Positions 9,388 to 19,396 of a stretch of DNA of 64,000 bases are shown here, one piece after another. The stretch comes from Candidatus Cloacimonadales bacterium (GTDB lineage Bacteria; Cloacimonadota; Cloacimonadia; Cloacimonadales; DAONDQ01). Made by a program: the position numbers and the translations under genes. Position 1 is the first letter of the stretch, and every line of letters begins with the position of its first letter. The notes below the pieces were generated by a model. The model saw only the letters and a list, made by a program, of their open reading frames with translations, searched no databases and was not told the DNA's origin. The stretch spans positions 4,160,001 to 4,224,000 of the forward strand of contig OY759316.1 of the NCBI GenBank assembly GCA_963662275.1. Direction: 5' to 3'.

Positions 9388-10157
9388 TAATACCAGAGAT
9401 ACCAAAGCTTGAGCATCGAACCTGTTCCGGCTGCAATGGCAATGGCTATGAAAAAGGCTTCTGTCATCCTGGCAGTTCCTGAGACAAGATCCCCTGCCAT
9501 CGTATCCCTGATCGCATTCGTGATGGCAAGACCCGGAACAAGAAGCATGATAGAACCTATGACAATCTTATCTGTCTGTAAATCATGAAAATAGGTACCG
9601 GCAAACCGGGCAATAAATACAGCCAGTGCCCCACAAACAGCATTGATTAAAAATATGTTAAAATGCAATCTATACAAAGAACGATTGAAAAGAATAATGA
9701 AAATTCCCGTTATAAAGGCAACACAAAAGTCCATCCAGTTTCCACCAAAAAGTAAAGCATAAAAACTGGCTGAGACTCCTCCAAATAATAACTGTATTGA
9801 CAAAGGATATACCTTTTTAAGCGCTAAAACGTGCATTTCCTGCTCATATTGCTCTGGGGTAAGACTACGTGTCTTAATATCATTGCAAAGCTTGCTCATA
9901 CGCGCTATTTTATCCAAATCTACGGTCCTGGATGAAATGCGTTTGATACTCGTCGCCACATGCTCCTGATTATCCCACACTGAGATAAAAATACCTGTGG
10001 GAGTAACAAAACTCTCTACTGTCTCATAACCAAATTGCTTACAGACTTTCTGAATAATATTCTCTACACGGTGGGTCTCACCACCGCTTTGTAAAACAAT
10101 TTGCGCTGTTTCTGTGGCTAACTCAGCCATCTTATGGAGTCCAATCGTTTTTGACAT
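9387..10157 (-). CDS. Threonine/serine exporter family protein (ThrE/YjjP-like)
   Basis: SGGETHRVE, FVTPTGIF, LLVPGLAITNAIRD. Confidence 0.9.
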   Translation of the reverse strand: MSKTIGLHKMAELATETAQIVLQSGGETHRVENIIQKVCKQFGYETVESFVTPTGIFISVWDNQEHVATSIKRISSRTVDLDKIARMSKLCNDIKTRSLTPEQYEQEMHVLALKKVYPLSIQLLFGGVSASFYALLFGGNWMDFCVAFITGIFIILFNRSLYRLHFNIFLINAVCGALAVFIARFAGTYFHDLQTDKIVIGSIMLLVPGLAITNAIRDTMAGDLVSGTARMTEAFFIAIAIAAGTGSMLKLWYLWY

Positions 10158-10324
10158 ACTGCAATTCGCATGAAGATGACAGAAATGTCAAGGAAGAAGC
10201 TGTAATCCTATAACAACCACTTCAGCGGATTCTTATTTTCCGTACAAATTCTTCATACCACCGAAATCATACCCCTAAATATATACTTCGTTAAAACCAG
10301 GTTCAAACAAATTCTAATGCTATA

Positions 10325-10376
10325 TCATACCAATTTCTCGAAACAGGAATGAAACAGGTATGAACTTGGTATAATA
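10325..10376. repeat. 11-bp-period inverted array (family B)
   Basis: tcataccaatttc tc gaaacaggaat gaaacaggtat gaacttggtat; related copies at 34.2 and 60.5 kb. Confidence 0.75.
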
Positions 10377-10396
10377 TACGTGGAATAATAGTAAAT

Positions 10397-10575
10397 ATGG
10401 AAGCTAAGAGCCGGTTCATTGAGTGATTTCGACTAAGGAGAAATTGTATCGAAATGACCCAATGTGACCTTATAAGGTTGTGCAATGTCGTCTCCTCGAT
10501 ACAAACAGATAAATCTGTTCACTCGGAGAACTCAGCTTTCATCCTCGGTAGCGAAAACTGATTTTCAGTGAACTT
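10397..10575 (+). repeat. ~175 bp dispersed structured element (family A, REPIN/MITE-like)
   Basis: Nearly identical to 39286-39465 and to the reverse complement of 23405-23600. Confidence 0.92.
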
Positions 10576-10583
10576 TAAACTAA

Positions 10584-10614
10584 TAAAAAACGCCGGTTTT
10601 CACCGGCGTTTTAT
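10584..10614 (-). terminator. Rho-independent terminator after the 1044-aa gene
   Basis: AAAACGCCGG-TTTTCA-CCGGCGTTTT hairpin with flanking A/T tracts. Confidence 0.8.
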
Positions 10615-10632
10615 ATTATAGGTTATTTAGAG

Positions 10633-13600
10633 TTATTTAACAGCAATCACTCTGTAGAAGCGAAGGCCATAAGAATCTGCATCACCAGTGGCTTCATAGG
10701 TAGTTGCACCAGTAAATTCACCAGTAGTAAGTACAGAATAAGTACCATTTGGAGCATCTGCATATTCAACGATATAGCTGGTAGCACCAGTTACCGCAGC
10801 CCAAGTAAGGATAACGTTATTTCCGCTAACTTCAACGCCTACAGCGATTGGTGCAGAAGTTGAAATATCAGCAAGACTGCGTGGTACAAATTGGGAAGTT
10901 GTTGTATACTGCAGACAGATACCAGTGTAGTTTCTCGCATCGGTAGGTGTGGCAGTTGTGATATAATCAAGATCAGAATAGGCTGTGCGTATTAAGCCTG
11001 TTCCGGTCGGATCAGTGATCGTGATGTTTGCTCCACTTGTAAATGTGGTTACTAATGGATCGATTTCGACATTTTTAATGCGGATAAGCTGTGCCTGGTA
11101 TGTAGTATTTAAACCGGCAAGTGTCACATCGACTGGAGTGGGCACATAGCCTGATGTATTTGTAGCAGTACCGGCATCAGCAGTAGGTTTCAGTTCTATC
11201 ATACCGTAATAATTGGTTAATGTTCCAAGAATTCCGGTGATTCCATTACCAATAGAATAAGTGGTTGTCATTTTTGCAGGAGCTGCATCATAAATCTGAA
11301 TCGCTCCAGTTGCATCCTGGATATACTTGTTTTTTGATAAACTAGTAGTCCCAGTGGTTGACTGAAGTGTCAAAATGGCTTCACTTGTCAATCTGTAAAG
11401 TGTTGTACCGTCATTGGATAACCCGTTGTAAGCAGGTGCAGCCGCACGTAAAGCTGCGATGCTGGCAACATTGATGGGGAATGTATAAGTTGCAGTTGCA
11501 ACATCACTACTTGTCCAAGTTGCTCTATAGGCAATTGCTTTGATCGTAGTTGTCGAACTGACATTAATTGGTGTCCCTGTGTACAAGGTTCCAATCGTTT
11601 CTGTCGGTGAGGTTACACCATCAGTCGTATAACGTATAGACGAACTGGGTGTTAAGCAACTTAGTGTTACGTTTTCTGAGGCAGAATAATAAATACCTGG
11701 TGCCGGATCAAAGGTCGGTAAGGACACAATCGTGAGAGCACGTCCGGTGATTGAAACATCATCAATACCGAGACCCTGGACATAGGTGGTGGTAGTTCCG
11801 GTAACAACTGAATAGTTCCAGGCAAGATACAGTGCAGAAGATGCAGGTACCGTAACACCTAGTGTGCCGGATACAGGAATTGTGGCACCTGGAGCTGAGA
11901 CATAACCATAAGTGGTATCATCGGCAGCAGGCCAGGAGGCAAGGAAATCCGTTCCAGCATCGTTCCAGGATGTACCATTCAATGAATAGTACATTTGGAT
12001 TCTGCTACCAGCACTATTGATTCCCTTTCTATACTTTTCAGCATTGAAAGAAATGTCAAATGCGGTTATTGCAGAAGCACCAGTGTTCGTTAACATGGCA
12101 TATATATTGCCACTTTTAGTTGCACTACCGGATGAGACAAAACCTAAAGCACGGTCAGTTGCCGTAGCCGCGTCACCGGCACCATAGTTATATATGCCGT
12201 TTTGCGCAGAAGAACTCATCAGGTTACCCGCTCTTAATTCAGTAGCAGAAACAGCAGCGCTATACGTACCTACCGTACGGACAGTGGTGTTTTTATCCAC
12301 TTTCCAACCAGATCCTAGAGTCGCAATTGCAGCAACGCCAATGGCATTAAAGTTTTCAGTAATAGTAGAACCTACTTCAATATTCATTGGTGAACTGGTT
12401 CCTGTACCATAAACATTAAGGTTTGTCGTCACACTATTTGCAGTATGAGAGACAAGTCCGTCATTCGTTCCATAACCCAGGGGTTTGAACTGAACATATA
12501 GCAGACCATCATATGTAGGTGGGACTTTGAATGTAGAAACCCAAGGTCCGGTGGTAAGTTTAGATATTTCATAACCTGTTGGTGCAGTCACGGTAATACT
12601 GTCTGTTAAACTGGCTCCTGTGAGAGTATATGACTGGTAGGAAGAAGTTGTACCAGCAGGTGTGGAAAAAGTACGTGACGTTGGATTAACAGTAATGGTC
12701 GCTGCAGTTGTCGCTGTACCATATACTGGGAGATCAACTTCTGCTGCACCTCCTGCAACATTGGTAACAAGACGATTTTCGGTTCCAGGTGCGACAGGGT
12801 TGTAACGTACAGAAATCGCTTGTGTGCCGGGAGGAGTTACATCGACCGAATCAGCCCAAGTTGAAGATTCTGAATATTTCACTTGGTAATGTAGAGGAGC
12901 TTTAATCCGAATATCCGTTGTAAAAGTCCCTGTACTTGTTACTTCATAATCTTGTCCAGCCGAAGGTGTACCACTCGGTGTTGAGAAAGTCAATGAAGCT
13001 TTGTTGAGTTCAATCAAACCGGTAAAACTGGAAGGGTAAACATCGTTCCAGGCTGTACCTACTTTGATTGCATCAATAATACAAGGAGGTGTATTAGAAC
13101 CTTGACGCAAAAAGAATGCTGATAGAGTAGTTGCATCAGCACCGGCATCTGTACTTGTCAAAGTAGGAGCTGTCTCTGTTCCCGGTGTGGGAGGGTTGAT
13201 CCATAAATAAGCCACATCATTCGTTGTACTTGCAACGTATGTATATTTCAAAATGAAAAGATAGGTTGTCCCTGTGTCATAGGTTGCAGTTGTATAGACA
13301 GCAGTGCCTGTATATTTAGATAATCCAACCGTATATTTGTTCGTTAATGTTGCATCTCTCTTAAAAAAGATTCTTCCATAGAATGTTGAAGATCCAGTTC
13401 CAAGACTAATTTCATAATCCGCATTTGCATTGGGAAAACTGGATACATTGATAAGAAAAGCAGAATAGACACTACCTGATGTAACTGCTGTAAATGTTTT
13501 GTTGATATCTTGACCGGTTGAAGTGGTTGTTTGGCATTGAAGACCAACACCGGTTGCTGAATAATTTGCGTAAGTCAAGTTACCAGTTGTTGACAACCAA

Positions 13601-13767
13601 GGATTTGTTGTGCCACCACTATGAGTAGTCCAACCATTGATTCCAGAGACAGCAGAACCAGCAGTAAATGTTGGTGTCGCAAAGTCTTCTGTCATCAAAG
13701 ATGTAGCATAGAGGGAACAAAGCCCAGCTACCATTAAAAGGGAAATGAGTAGAATCCATTTTCTCAT
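10633..13767 (-). CDS. Secreted Thr/Ala/Gly-rich multidomain protein (Ig-like repeats, FN3-associated domain, OB-fold-like domain, C-terminal incomplete FN3-like module)
   Basis: Signal peptide MRKWILLISLL; PTFDPAPGIY...IRYTTDG...TIKAIA; YIQDATGAIQIY; ends LTW..VTGATSY...RFYRVIAVK. Confidence 0.85.
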   Translation of the reverse strand: MRKWILLISLLMVAGLCSLYATSLMTEDFATPTFTAGSAVSGINGWTTHSGGTTNPWLSTTGNLTYANYSATGVGLQCQTTTSTGQDINKTFTAVTSGSVYSAFLINVSSFPNANADYEISLGTGSSTFYGRIFFKRDATLTNKYTVGLSKYTGTAVYTTATYDTGTTYLFILKYTYVASTTNDVAYLWINPPTPGTETAPTLTSTDAGADATTLSAFFLRQGSNTPPCIIDAIKVGTAWNDVYPSSFTGLIELNKASLTFSTPSGTPSAGQDYEVTSTGTFTTDIRIKAPLHYQVKYSESSTWADSVDVTPPGTQAISVRYNPVAPGTENRLVTNVAGGAAEVDLPVYGTATTAATITVNPTSRTFSTPAGTTSSYQSYTLTGASLTDSITVTAPTGYEISKLTTGPWVSTFKVPPTYDGLLYVQFKPLGYGTNDGLVSHTANSVTTNLNVYGTGTSSPMNIEVGSTITENFNAIGVAAIATLGSGWKVDKNTTVRTVGTYSAAVSATELRAGNLMSSSAQNGIYNYGAGDAATATDRALGFVSSGSATKSGNIYAMLTNTGASAITAFDISFNAEKYRKGINSAGSRIQMYYSLNGTSWNDAGTDFLASWPAADDTTYGYVSAPGATIPVSGTLGVTVPASSALYLAWNYSVVTGTTTTYVQGLGIDDVSITGRALTIVSLPTFDPAPGIYYSASENVTLSCLTPSSSIRYTTDGVTSPTETIGTLYTGTPINVSSTTTIKAIAYRATWTSSDVATATYTFPINVASIAALRAAAPAYNGLSNDGTTLYRLTSEAILTLQSTTGTTSLSKNKYIQDATGAIQIYDAAPAKMTTTYSIGNGITGILGTLTNYYGMIELKPTADAGTATNTSGYVPTPVDVTLAGLNTTYQAQLIRIKNVEIDPLVTTFTSGANITITDPTGTGLIRTAYSDLDYITTATPTDARNYTGICLQYTTTSQFVPRSLADISTSAPIAVGVEVSGNNVILTWAAVTGATSYIVEYADAPNGTYSVLTTGEFTGATTYEATGDADSYGLRFYRVIAVK

Positions 13768-13942
13768 ATGAATCTCCTTTTGCGATCTTTGTTAAAGATC
13801 ATTACATAATTATTATCTAAGAAATCAAAATCATCGATTCTAATTTTGATGATTACATGAAGTAGGAAGGGATTAAGATTCGTGCTCAATGAATCTGTTA
13901 TGGGATAATCAACCCAACCTCTTCACACACTATACATTTGGG

Positions 13943-13978
13943 AAAAAATAGCGGGAGCATCAATTGATGCACCCGCAT
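13943..13978 (-). terminator. Rho-independent terminator after the 848-aa gene
   Basis: gcgggagcatc aatt gatgcacccgc hairpin followed by T-tract on minus strand. Confidence 0.7.
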
Positions 13979-13992
13979 AATAATCTGAAAAG

Positions 13993-16506
13993 TTATTTCA
14001 TTAAGACGACTTTTTGAGTAGCACTATACTTACCGGCAGTCATGCGATAAAAATAAACACCACTACCGACTACTTGACCATTTTCATTTTTCCCATTCCA
14101 AACCAGATGATGCGTTCCAGCATTCCAATCTTGAGAGGTGAGGGTTCTAATTTTTTGACCTTTTACATCATAAACAGTGACATTTACGAAACTAGGTGTC
14201 TTTAAATCAAAGGAAATATTCGTATCAGGATTGAAAGGATTCGGATAAGCGCTGTTGAGTTTTGTTACAGCAGGTATGACTGGAGGTGTATTAGGATCAC
14301 TTTGTTCAAGAACTGTGACCATGACGGGTCCATTGAAACTGTTGCTGCCGTCTAAATCAACATTCTCAAGCCAGTAATAATATGTATTAGGTGCTTCCAC
14401 TGAAGCATCATTAAAATTATAATTATGCTGTGTTGAAGTGTTTGTCCCAGTAATAATATCAGAATTCATACTGATCGCATTTCCGATATTTGAATCTGTG
14501 GAACGAAGAACATTGAATCCCAAGTTATTGGTTTCCGATTCTGTCGTCCACTGTAAGGTTACTAATAACTCTACTGTAGAGAATGTTGCTGTAAAAGAAG
14601 ATAATTCAACTGGAAGTACAAGATCGCCAGCTTCTTGACCAATCGTATAAGTTCCCTTGGTTAGAGTTGATGAAATAGGAACTATTATCCAACGTGTTGC
14701 GGTTGAAACATCATATGATGTATTAGAAATCTTAGTTGAACCTTTATAGACAGCAGGTATTGAAATTGACCAATCATAGTCATGATCATCGCTGCTTGTC
14801 CAATAGAATTTAACATTCTTACTGCCAGTAAATGTCCCGTCTAAAACCCACTGTCTGTCTACTTTATAAGGGTAAAGGGAAGCAGGTGACATTGTTGCAG
14901 AAAAGCTACTAATGTCAATTTCGGTTTCGGCAATATCAATATAGTTATATGCTGCAGAAAAATAACCATCAACAGTAACAGCTCCAGTTATTGCCCCAGC
15001 AGTATGGGTAAAATTTTCAAGAACTACAAAGCTACCAGTAAGAGAAACTCCGGCAGCATTGTTGATTGTACAATTATTAAGTCCTGAAGTTACAGCGGGA
15101 AGCGTCAATGCTGTGGTTCCGCCAATAACGAGATTTGATGTGGCTCCGCCGACTAATCCGCCGGTTATGGTTGGGATTGTCCCATTTAGCGTTAACGTAT
15201 ATGCATCTATGGTCAGGGCAGTAGTCAATGAAAGAGCCCCACCAATAGTCATGTCAGATTTAAGAGTACAGGCATTTGAACTAGTGTTCACGGTTAAATT
15301 ATTCAGCGTTGGAATTATCTTTACATTAAAAGCCTGAGTACCTGGTGAAGCACTACCAAGAACAATAGTCCCTCCACTAATTGTACCGCCATCAATACTT
15401 ACATCATTACCAGAATAAGATCCCTGGTTAGCCTGTTGAATATTCAATGTTCCAGATGACATAGTAAATGTTCCGCCTGTGGCAGGAGCACCGAAAACAC
15501 CATTTGTAGTATTACTTACAGAAGTAGATGGCACATTAACAGTAGCTCCGTTAATCGTCAAAGTACCTGTCCAGTTATTCATACCAGGAGCTGTACTTGA
15601 TCCAATTCTTCCCCCAACATTGACCGTACCAGCGGTTAATGTAATTGTCCCGCCGTTCGGAGAAAGGCTGTTACCTGTTCCACCAATTGTGACTGTTCCG
15701 GAGGTATTGACTAAAAATGTTCCACCAGATACAGTTAAACTTGCTCCAGTTATTGTTAAACTACCACTGCCGGTTACACTTAAGTTACCTGTGTTGGCAA
15801 CAGGAAGAACTTGAGTATTTGACTGAAAAACCATCGTTCCTGCAGATTGTTCCCATGTGCCATTAGTCCATACCATTAAACCGTTGTTTGTTGACGAAAC
15901 CGAACACACAACTTTCCTTGAAGCTGCTCCCCTGTTCAGGGTTAATATTCCAAAGGAAACTGCTGTCGGGGTTCCGGGTGACGATATGGTAACATCACTA
16001 GCTGATGTGCTGTTGAATGTAACATTGCCTTTTTTTGTACTGGAAGAATACAAACCAAATGTGGCAGTATTTCCTACGGTCAGATTACCGCCAATCACTA
16101 AAACATGTTGAACATTATTTGTTTGAGTACCAATATTAAATTGTGCGGAAGTTTTTAACTCAACATTGCCAGCAACTGTTAGCGTTCTGACTGTGGTCGT
16201 ATTCTGGTATACCAATACACCCGTTGTACCTTCACCGATAGTTAAACTCGCTAATGCATTCGCTGGAGTTGAATCAATGGTTATCGTATGTCCGTCACGA
16301 ATTAACACCGCCGCTCCGGCTGCAACGCCCGGTGTTTGACCTGAAACTGCAGCTACCCAAGCTGAACCATTATAACGTTCCCAAGAGCCAAAGGCACTCC
16401 AATTCCCTGTCGCTTTGCTGCGGTAATCACCTGTGGCATCAGCAGCAAACAGAACATTAAAACTGAAAATGACACAAAGTGCAAAAATTAAGACCATTTG
16501 TTTCAT
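13993..16506 (-). CDS. Secreted beta-helix-like adhesin with LPVELSSF domain and FlgD/T9SS-type C-terminal domain
   Basis: Signal peptide from MKQMVL (AAGGAG RBS); GDYRSKATGNW start; G/T/S-rich repeats; YPNPFNP...GVYFY...KVVLMK. Confidence 0.87.
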   Translation of the reverse strand: MKQMVLIFALCVIFSFNVLFAADATGDYRSKATGNWSAFGSWERYNGSAWVAAVSGQTPGVAAGAAVLIRDGHTITIDSTPANALASLTIGEGTTGVLVYQNTTTVRTLTVAGNVELKTSAQFNIGTQTNNVQHVLVIGGNLTVGNTATFGLYSSSTKKGNVTFNSTSASDVTISSPGTPTAVSFGILTLNRGAASRKVVCSVSSTNNGLMVWTNGTWEQSAGTMVFQSNTQVLPVANTGNLSVTGSGSLTITGASLTVSGGTFLVNTSGTVTIGGTGNSLSPNGGTITLTAGTVNVGGRIGSSTAPGMNNWTGTLTINGATVNVPSTSVSNTTNGVFGAPATGGTFTMSSGTLNIQQANQGSYSGNDVSIDGGTISGGTIVLGSASPGTQAFNVKIIPTLNNLTVNTSSNACTLKSDMTIGGALSLTTALTIDAYTLTLNGTIPTITGGLVGGATSNLVIGGTTALTLPAVTSGLNNCTINNAAGVSLTGSFVVLENFTHTAGAITGAVTVDGYFSAAYNYIDIAETEIDISSFSATMSPASLYPYKVDRQWVLDGTFTGSKNVKFYWTSSDDHDYDWSISIPAVYKGSTKISNTSYDVSTATRWIIVPISSTLTKGTYTIGQEAGDLVLPVELSSFTATFSTVELLVTLQWTTESETNNLGFNVLRSTDSNIGNAISMNSDIITGTNTSTQHNYNFNDASVEAPNTYYYWLENVDLDGSNSFNGPVMVTVLEQSDPNTPPVIPAVTKLNSAYPNPFNPDTNISFDLKTPSFVNVTVYDVKGQKIRTLTSQDWNAGTHHLVWNGKNENGQVVGSGVYFYRMTAGKYSATQKVVLMK

Positions 16507-16645
16507 AATATTACTCCTTATCTTTTTTGAATATTTCATATGAATGCCTTATAAGGCTATTTATCCATAGTATGAATCAAAATAAACTTGAAGATACTTG
16601 TCAACCAAAAAATTGAACGTAATACCATTATTTTCAGATAATAAC

Positions 16646-16673
16646 ATGGGGATTCATAAAGCTGAATCCCCAT
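16646..16673 (-). terminator. Hairpin/terminator after the M6 protease gene
   Basis: atggggattca taaagc tgaatccccat. Confidence 0.6.
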
Positions 16674-16695
16674 AGGTTAAAGTATGCTACGAAAT

Positions 16696-19224
16696 TTACT
16701 TGAGAAGTACTATCTTCCTCATGTCATGATGCCCATCAGAAGTAAATCTAACGAAATAAATACCACTGGAAACGTGATGTCCCTGGTCATCTTTTCCCTG
16801 CCAGGATGTAGTATATTTTCCTGAAGTTCGATTTCCTTCGTAAATCGCACTAATTTTCTCACCTCGAATATTGTAAATATCGATGCTGATCCGACTCGGT
16901 CTTGTTACTTGATAACGGATATTCGTCTCCGGGTTGAAGGGATTAGGATAAATGGAAGTCATCCCGGTTGAAAGAGGAATCACATCCGTTTGATCATCAT
17001 TTCCCATGATTGGAGAGATCGTAACTTCATTGGAGAATGAAGACTCACCATTTTCGTACAAAGTGGTCACTTTATAGGAAGTCAATCCTGTCAATATTTC
17101 CGAATCATAATAGACCAAGGAATCAGTAGGACTGACCATATCGAGTAAATCATTATTCTTATAAATTGAATATCCGAGTATTTCTATTACTGAATCTGGG
17201 GCGACCCAACGTAATACTGCATGATTACCATTTACATGTAATGCAGCCAAATTCAAGGGTGGTAACAATGGTGCATCCGGGAAGGATATATTATCAATCC
17301 AGACGCAATCACTCCCGAAAGCAGTCGTTGCATTCTTCAGATAAGTCCATTTAAAGATATGTGCTCCTTCAGTAACTGGAAACGTATTTAATGCCCAATC
17401 ACTTGTTCCTGACCAACGTCCATTTTCTACATTATCGATATAGAAAATGAGAAAGTCATGATTTATTTGGGAAGATGTTTTAACATAAAAGCCAACATTT
17501 CCGTCCTGTGGAATAATATAATCAAGAGACGCTGAAGTATTTTGACTATTCCCAATCGTTCCTGATTTTGCACAATACAAACCGCTATAGACATTACTGG
17601 ACACAACACTCCAATTGGTATTCCCTGTTAATATCCAAGGCAAAGCTGTCATATTCCCGGATTCAAATCCTTCCTCAACGGTCACTATCACCGGGGCGAA
17701 ATCAACATAGAAATGCATCGTTGTATCCGGATTGCTAATTTGAGAAATGTTCAAACCGCCAGGTGCTCCATTTTGGAGAAAACCGGAAGGACTCGTTCCA
17801 TCATTAATGGCAATTCTTCCAGCCGAAGCTGAGTAGTTTGCCTGATTTATCTGTCCATTAATTGTTACGGTACCGTTTGGACGATATAGATAAACTTCAT
17901 CGGGAGGTCCGTCTGCATTGCCTTCTCCATCAAGCGTATGATCAATTCGATAGATCAATAGACCTGCACCGGGAGTGGAACTTTCAAAAGTTCCTAAGTT
18001 ATCCCTATATTCCACAACGTAGAATTGATCAGGTGAGTTTGGAGAAGCAATTTTATAGCAATTGTTCGTTGATGAGTTTAAAGAATGGATAGAATATGTA
18101 CCCGCTGTAGTTATTTCCGGGATTGAATCTATCCAATGCCCATATCGGAATTTCATATAGGCACCCATATGCTGAGGAGGGTTTTGCGTACCTTCCATTA
18201 AATCCCAGTCTCCCACGGGACTTGGTCCCTCATAGTAATAATGATAAAGGTCAGGAGAACCCAAGCTATGGAACATTTCATGGCAAAGAACACCTACCCC
18301 TTCATACTGTAGAAATTCCTGGAGCTGAAAATTATAGGTAAAGACTCTTTTATCGTTAATCATAACATTATATGATTCTAATACCCACATATGAGGCCAT
18401 AGAAGATCAGCCCAGTCGCCTGCTCCACCGCTTATCGTAAAACATATATTATCAACTTGTCCATCGCCATCACCATCCAGGTTCAAAGTGGAAGGAATTT
18501 GGTCACTGCAAAAAATACTGGCATCTCTAAGTAGCGCGTGTTCTCGTAAAGTTCTGTCATTATCATCCGTATAACCATTCGGATTCAAACTCTCATCGTA
18601 GGGTTCAAAATAATCTCGTGTATGGCTATCCTCGTAGGAGACAACAAACCCGCTCAGAGGTAAAGGATAGAAACTGGTATTCACATTTAAAGCACCATAA
18701 GATGCTTCTTCAAAATAGTTATGTAATGAATTGGCACCTTGTAAAGTATTGTTAAACATTGTATCATAACTTGAGATCGTTTCTCCATATTCTGATTCTC
18801 CACTAAAGCGGATGAAAATCACTAAATTATTGAGTATTCCTGTTGTTGGGGCTTGATACTCAATGCGAGACAATTTATGCTGCCATTGCTGGCGTATTTG
18901 ACGATAATTTTCTTCAGATTCTTTCACCCCGGGTATCAAACCTAACTGAGTTGGATCTGACTGACCAACAATATAATTAGAAGCCACAGGCATATTATTC
19001 ATTTTATTTGCATAGGTATAAAAGCCTGTTTTCCCATTCTTCAAGATAGTAAAATCTTTGGCATCATGAGCACGACGATAGAATTCATCTCCACTAATTA
19101 AACAGGATATTTTACTGCCATCAGGTTGTTGAATTTGATAAGGCATATTGCTCAACCAAGCTGCATGAAGAGGAACCAAACAAAGAACATATAGCATTAA
19201 CAATATAAGTATTTTACTTTTCAT
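16696..19224 (-). CDS. M6 family (immune inhibitor A-like) secreted metalloprotease with FN3 and FlgD/T9SS-type C-terminal domain
   Basis: QPDG..GDEF propeptide motif, DGDGDGQVD, LWPH, HEMFHSLGSPDLY (HExxH..G.PD); start at MKSKILILL after GGAGG. Confidence 0.92.
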   Translation of the reverse strand: MKSKILILLMLYVLCLVPLHAAWLSNMPYQIQQPDGSKISCLISGDEFYRRAHDAKDFTILKNGKTGFYTYANKMNNMPVASNYIVGQSDPTQLGLIPGVKESEENYRQIRQQWQHKLSRIEYQAPTTGILNNLVIFIRFSGESEYGETISSYDTMFNNTLQGANSLHNYFEEASYGALNVNTSFYPLPLSGFVVSYEDSHTRDYFEPYDESLNPNGYTDDNDRTLREHALLRDASIFCSDQIPSTLNLDGDGDGQVDNICFTISGGAGDWADLLWPHMWVLESYNVMINDKRVFTYNFQLQEFLQYEGVGVLCHEMFHSLGSPDLYHYYYEGPSPVGDWDLMEGTQNPPQHMGAYMKFRYGHWIDSIPEITTAGTYSIHSLNSSTNNCYKIASPNSPDQFYVVEYRDNLGTFESSTPGAGLLIYRIDHTLDGEGNADGPPDEVYLYRPNGTVTINGQINQANYSASAGRIAINDGTSPSGFLQNGAPGGLNISQISNPDTTMHFYVDFAPVIVTVEEGFESGNMTALPWILTGNTNWSVVSSNVYSGLYCAKSGTIGNSQNTSASLDYIIPQDGNVGFYVKTSSQINHDFLIFYIDNVENGRWSGTSDWALNTFPVTEGAHIFKWTYLKNATTAFGSDCVWIDNISFPDAPLLPPLNLAALHVNGNHAVLRWVAPDSVIEILGYSIYKNNDLLDMVSPTDSLVYYDSEILTGLTSYKVTTLYENGESSFSNEVTISPIMGNDDQTDVIPLSTGMTSIYPNPFNPETNIRYQVTRPSRISIDIYNIRGEKISAIYEGNRTSGKYTTSWQGKDDQGHHVSSGIYFVRFTSDGHHDMRKIVLLK

Positions 19225-19303
19225 AAATCCTCCAGATAAAATGAGCATATGCAAGAAAGAAGCCACAAACGAAGATTGAAGAATATGGGGAGCCATAAAA
19301 AAA

Positions 19304-19380
19304 GTAGAGACGTCCAATTTGGACGTCTCATAAAAATAGACCCTCAAAAACGTAGAGACACCCAAGTTGGGCGTCTCTAC
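19304..19380. repeat. Pair of GTAG-type REP palindromes
   Basis: GTAGAGACGTCCAATTTGGACGTCTC and GTAGAGACACCCAAGTTGGGCGTCTCTAC. Confidence 0.75.
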
Positions 19381-19396
19381 ATAGAAATTGATATTA

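Noticed and set aside
10303..10485. 60-aa ORF (likewise 39116..39352, 40408..40590, 33975..34277)
   Set aside because: These are translations of repeat elements or antisense overlaps
19225..19365. 47-aa N-terminal extension of the M6 protease in the ORF track
   Set aside because: Overlaps REP palindromes; RBS and signal peptide support the start at 19224
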